Of a stretch of DNA of 64,000 nucleotides, positions 63,406 to 64,000 are shown one piece after another. Made by a program: the position numbers and the translations under genes. The stretch lies in assembly GCA_963822945.1 (NCBI GenBank), contig CAWGJO010000020.1:96001-160000 (forward strand), in the 5' to 3' direction. Below the pieces are notes generated by a model. That model saw only the letters and a program-made list of their open reading frames with translations, was not told the origin of the DNA and did no database searches. Every line of letters begins with the position of its first letter. The stretch's first letter is position 1. This DNA is from an uncultured Gemmatimonadaceae bacterium (GTDB lineage: Bacteria; Gemmatimonadota; Gemmatimonadetes; Gemmatimonadales; Gemmatimonadaceae).

Positions 63406-64000
63406 GTGGGCCGCCGCCTCGCTGCCCGCCTGGGGCAGGCCATCGTCGTCATCTGGATGGTGGCGACGTTGGCGTTCGTGCTCATCCACGCGGCACCCGG
63501 CGACCCGTTCGGTTTCGACGCGCCGACGATCACCGAAGCCGTGCGGGCGCACTGGCGCGCCGAGTTCGGTTACGATCGTCCGCTCGGCACCCAGTACCTG
63601 CTCTGGCTGGGGAACGTGGTCCGCGGAGACCTCGGCTACTCGCACTCCATGCACGAACCGGTGCGCGCGGCGCTGGCCAACGCGCTGCCGCGCACGCTGC
63701 TGCTGATGAGCGTGGCGCTCGTGCTTTCCTTCGCCATCGGTGTGCTGCTGGCGCTGTTCCAGGTGGAACGGCGGGGCACGCGGCGGGCCCGATGGGCCGG
63801 GAACGTCGCGCTGTTCTTCTACTCGGTGCCGGACTTCTGGTTGGCGATGGTGATCGTACTCGCGTTCGCGTACTGGCTGCCGATCCTGCCGGCGGGATAC
63901 CCGGTGACCATGGCGACCCACGATTTCATGTCGCCGTTCGGCGCATTCATGGATCGACTGCGGCATCTCGTGCTGCCAACGCTCACCCTGGTGTTGCTCA
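63406..64000 (+). CDS. Peptide ABC transporter permease (DppB/OppB family), runs off the right edge
   Basis: APGDP, GYDRPL..QY, GDLGYS, PDFWL and HLVLP motifs. Confidence 0.92.
   Translation, partial: MGRRLAARLGQAIVVIWMVATLAFVLIHAAPGDPFGFDAPTITEAVRAHWRAEFGYDRPLGTQYLLWLGNVVRGDLGYSHSMHEPVRAALANALPRTLLLMSVALVLSFAIGVLLALFQVERRGTRRARWAGNVALFFYSVPDFWLAMVIVLAFAYWLPILPAGYPVTMATHDFMSPFGAFMDRLRHLVLPTLTLVLL

Overview
A 64-kb, high-GC (roughly 70% by eye), gene-dense stretch of bacterial chromosome. The gene content and protein style suggest Gemmatimonadota, but that is inference only. It is mostly housekeeping genes: cysS, sdaAB/sdaAA, uvrA, glpK, mtnA, recF-DUF721-gyrB, pdp, ligA, folE, tdk, coaE, gcvH/gcvP and a lipoate ligase. 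I found no rRNA, tRNA, CRISPR array or mobile element. Main points of interest: (1) a complete archaeal-style nurA-herA-mre11(sbcD)-rad50(sbcC) DNA end-resection cluster, extended by a coupled GNAT and two small upstream genes; (2) several open, apparently intact genes for catalytically degenerate proteins (DEAD-box-like, mini-CcmF, macrodomain, ABC ATPase, methyltransferase-like); (3) an ars operon with an ArsM-GNAT(ArsN2-like) fusion and two ATCAA-N6-TTGAT operators; (4) a PTPS-II/folE/SDR cluster that looks like tetrahydrobiopterin-type pterin synthesis; (5) a CutA-macro-transglutaminase-ABC operon. Single-base frameshifts in at least six genes, including essential ligA, point to consensus indel errors rather than true pseudogenes. 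All protein-family calls are from motif recognition by eye, with no database search.
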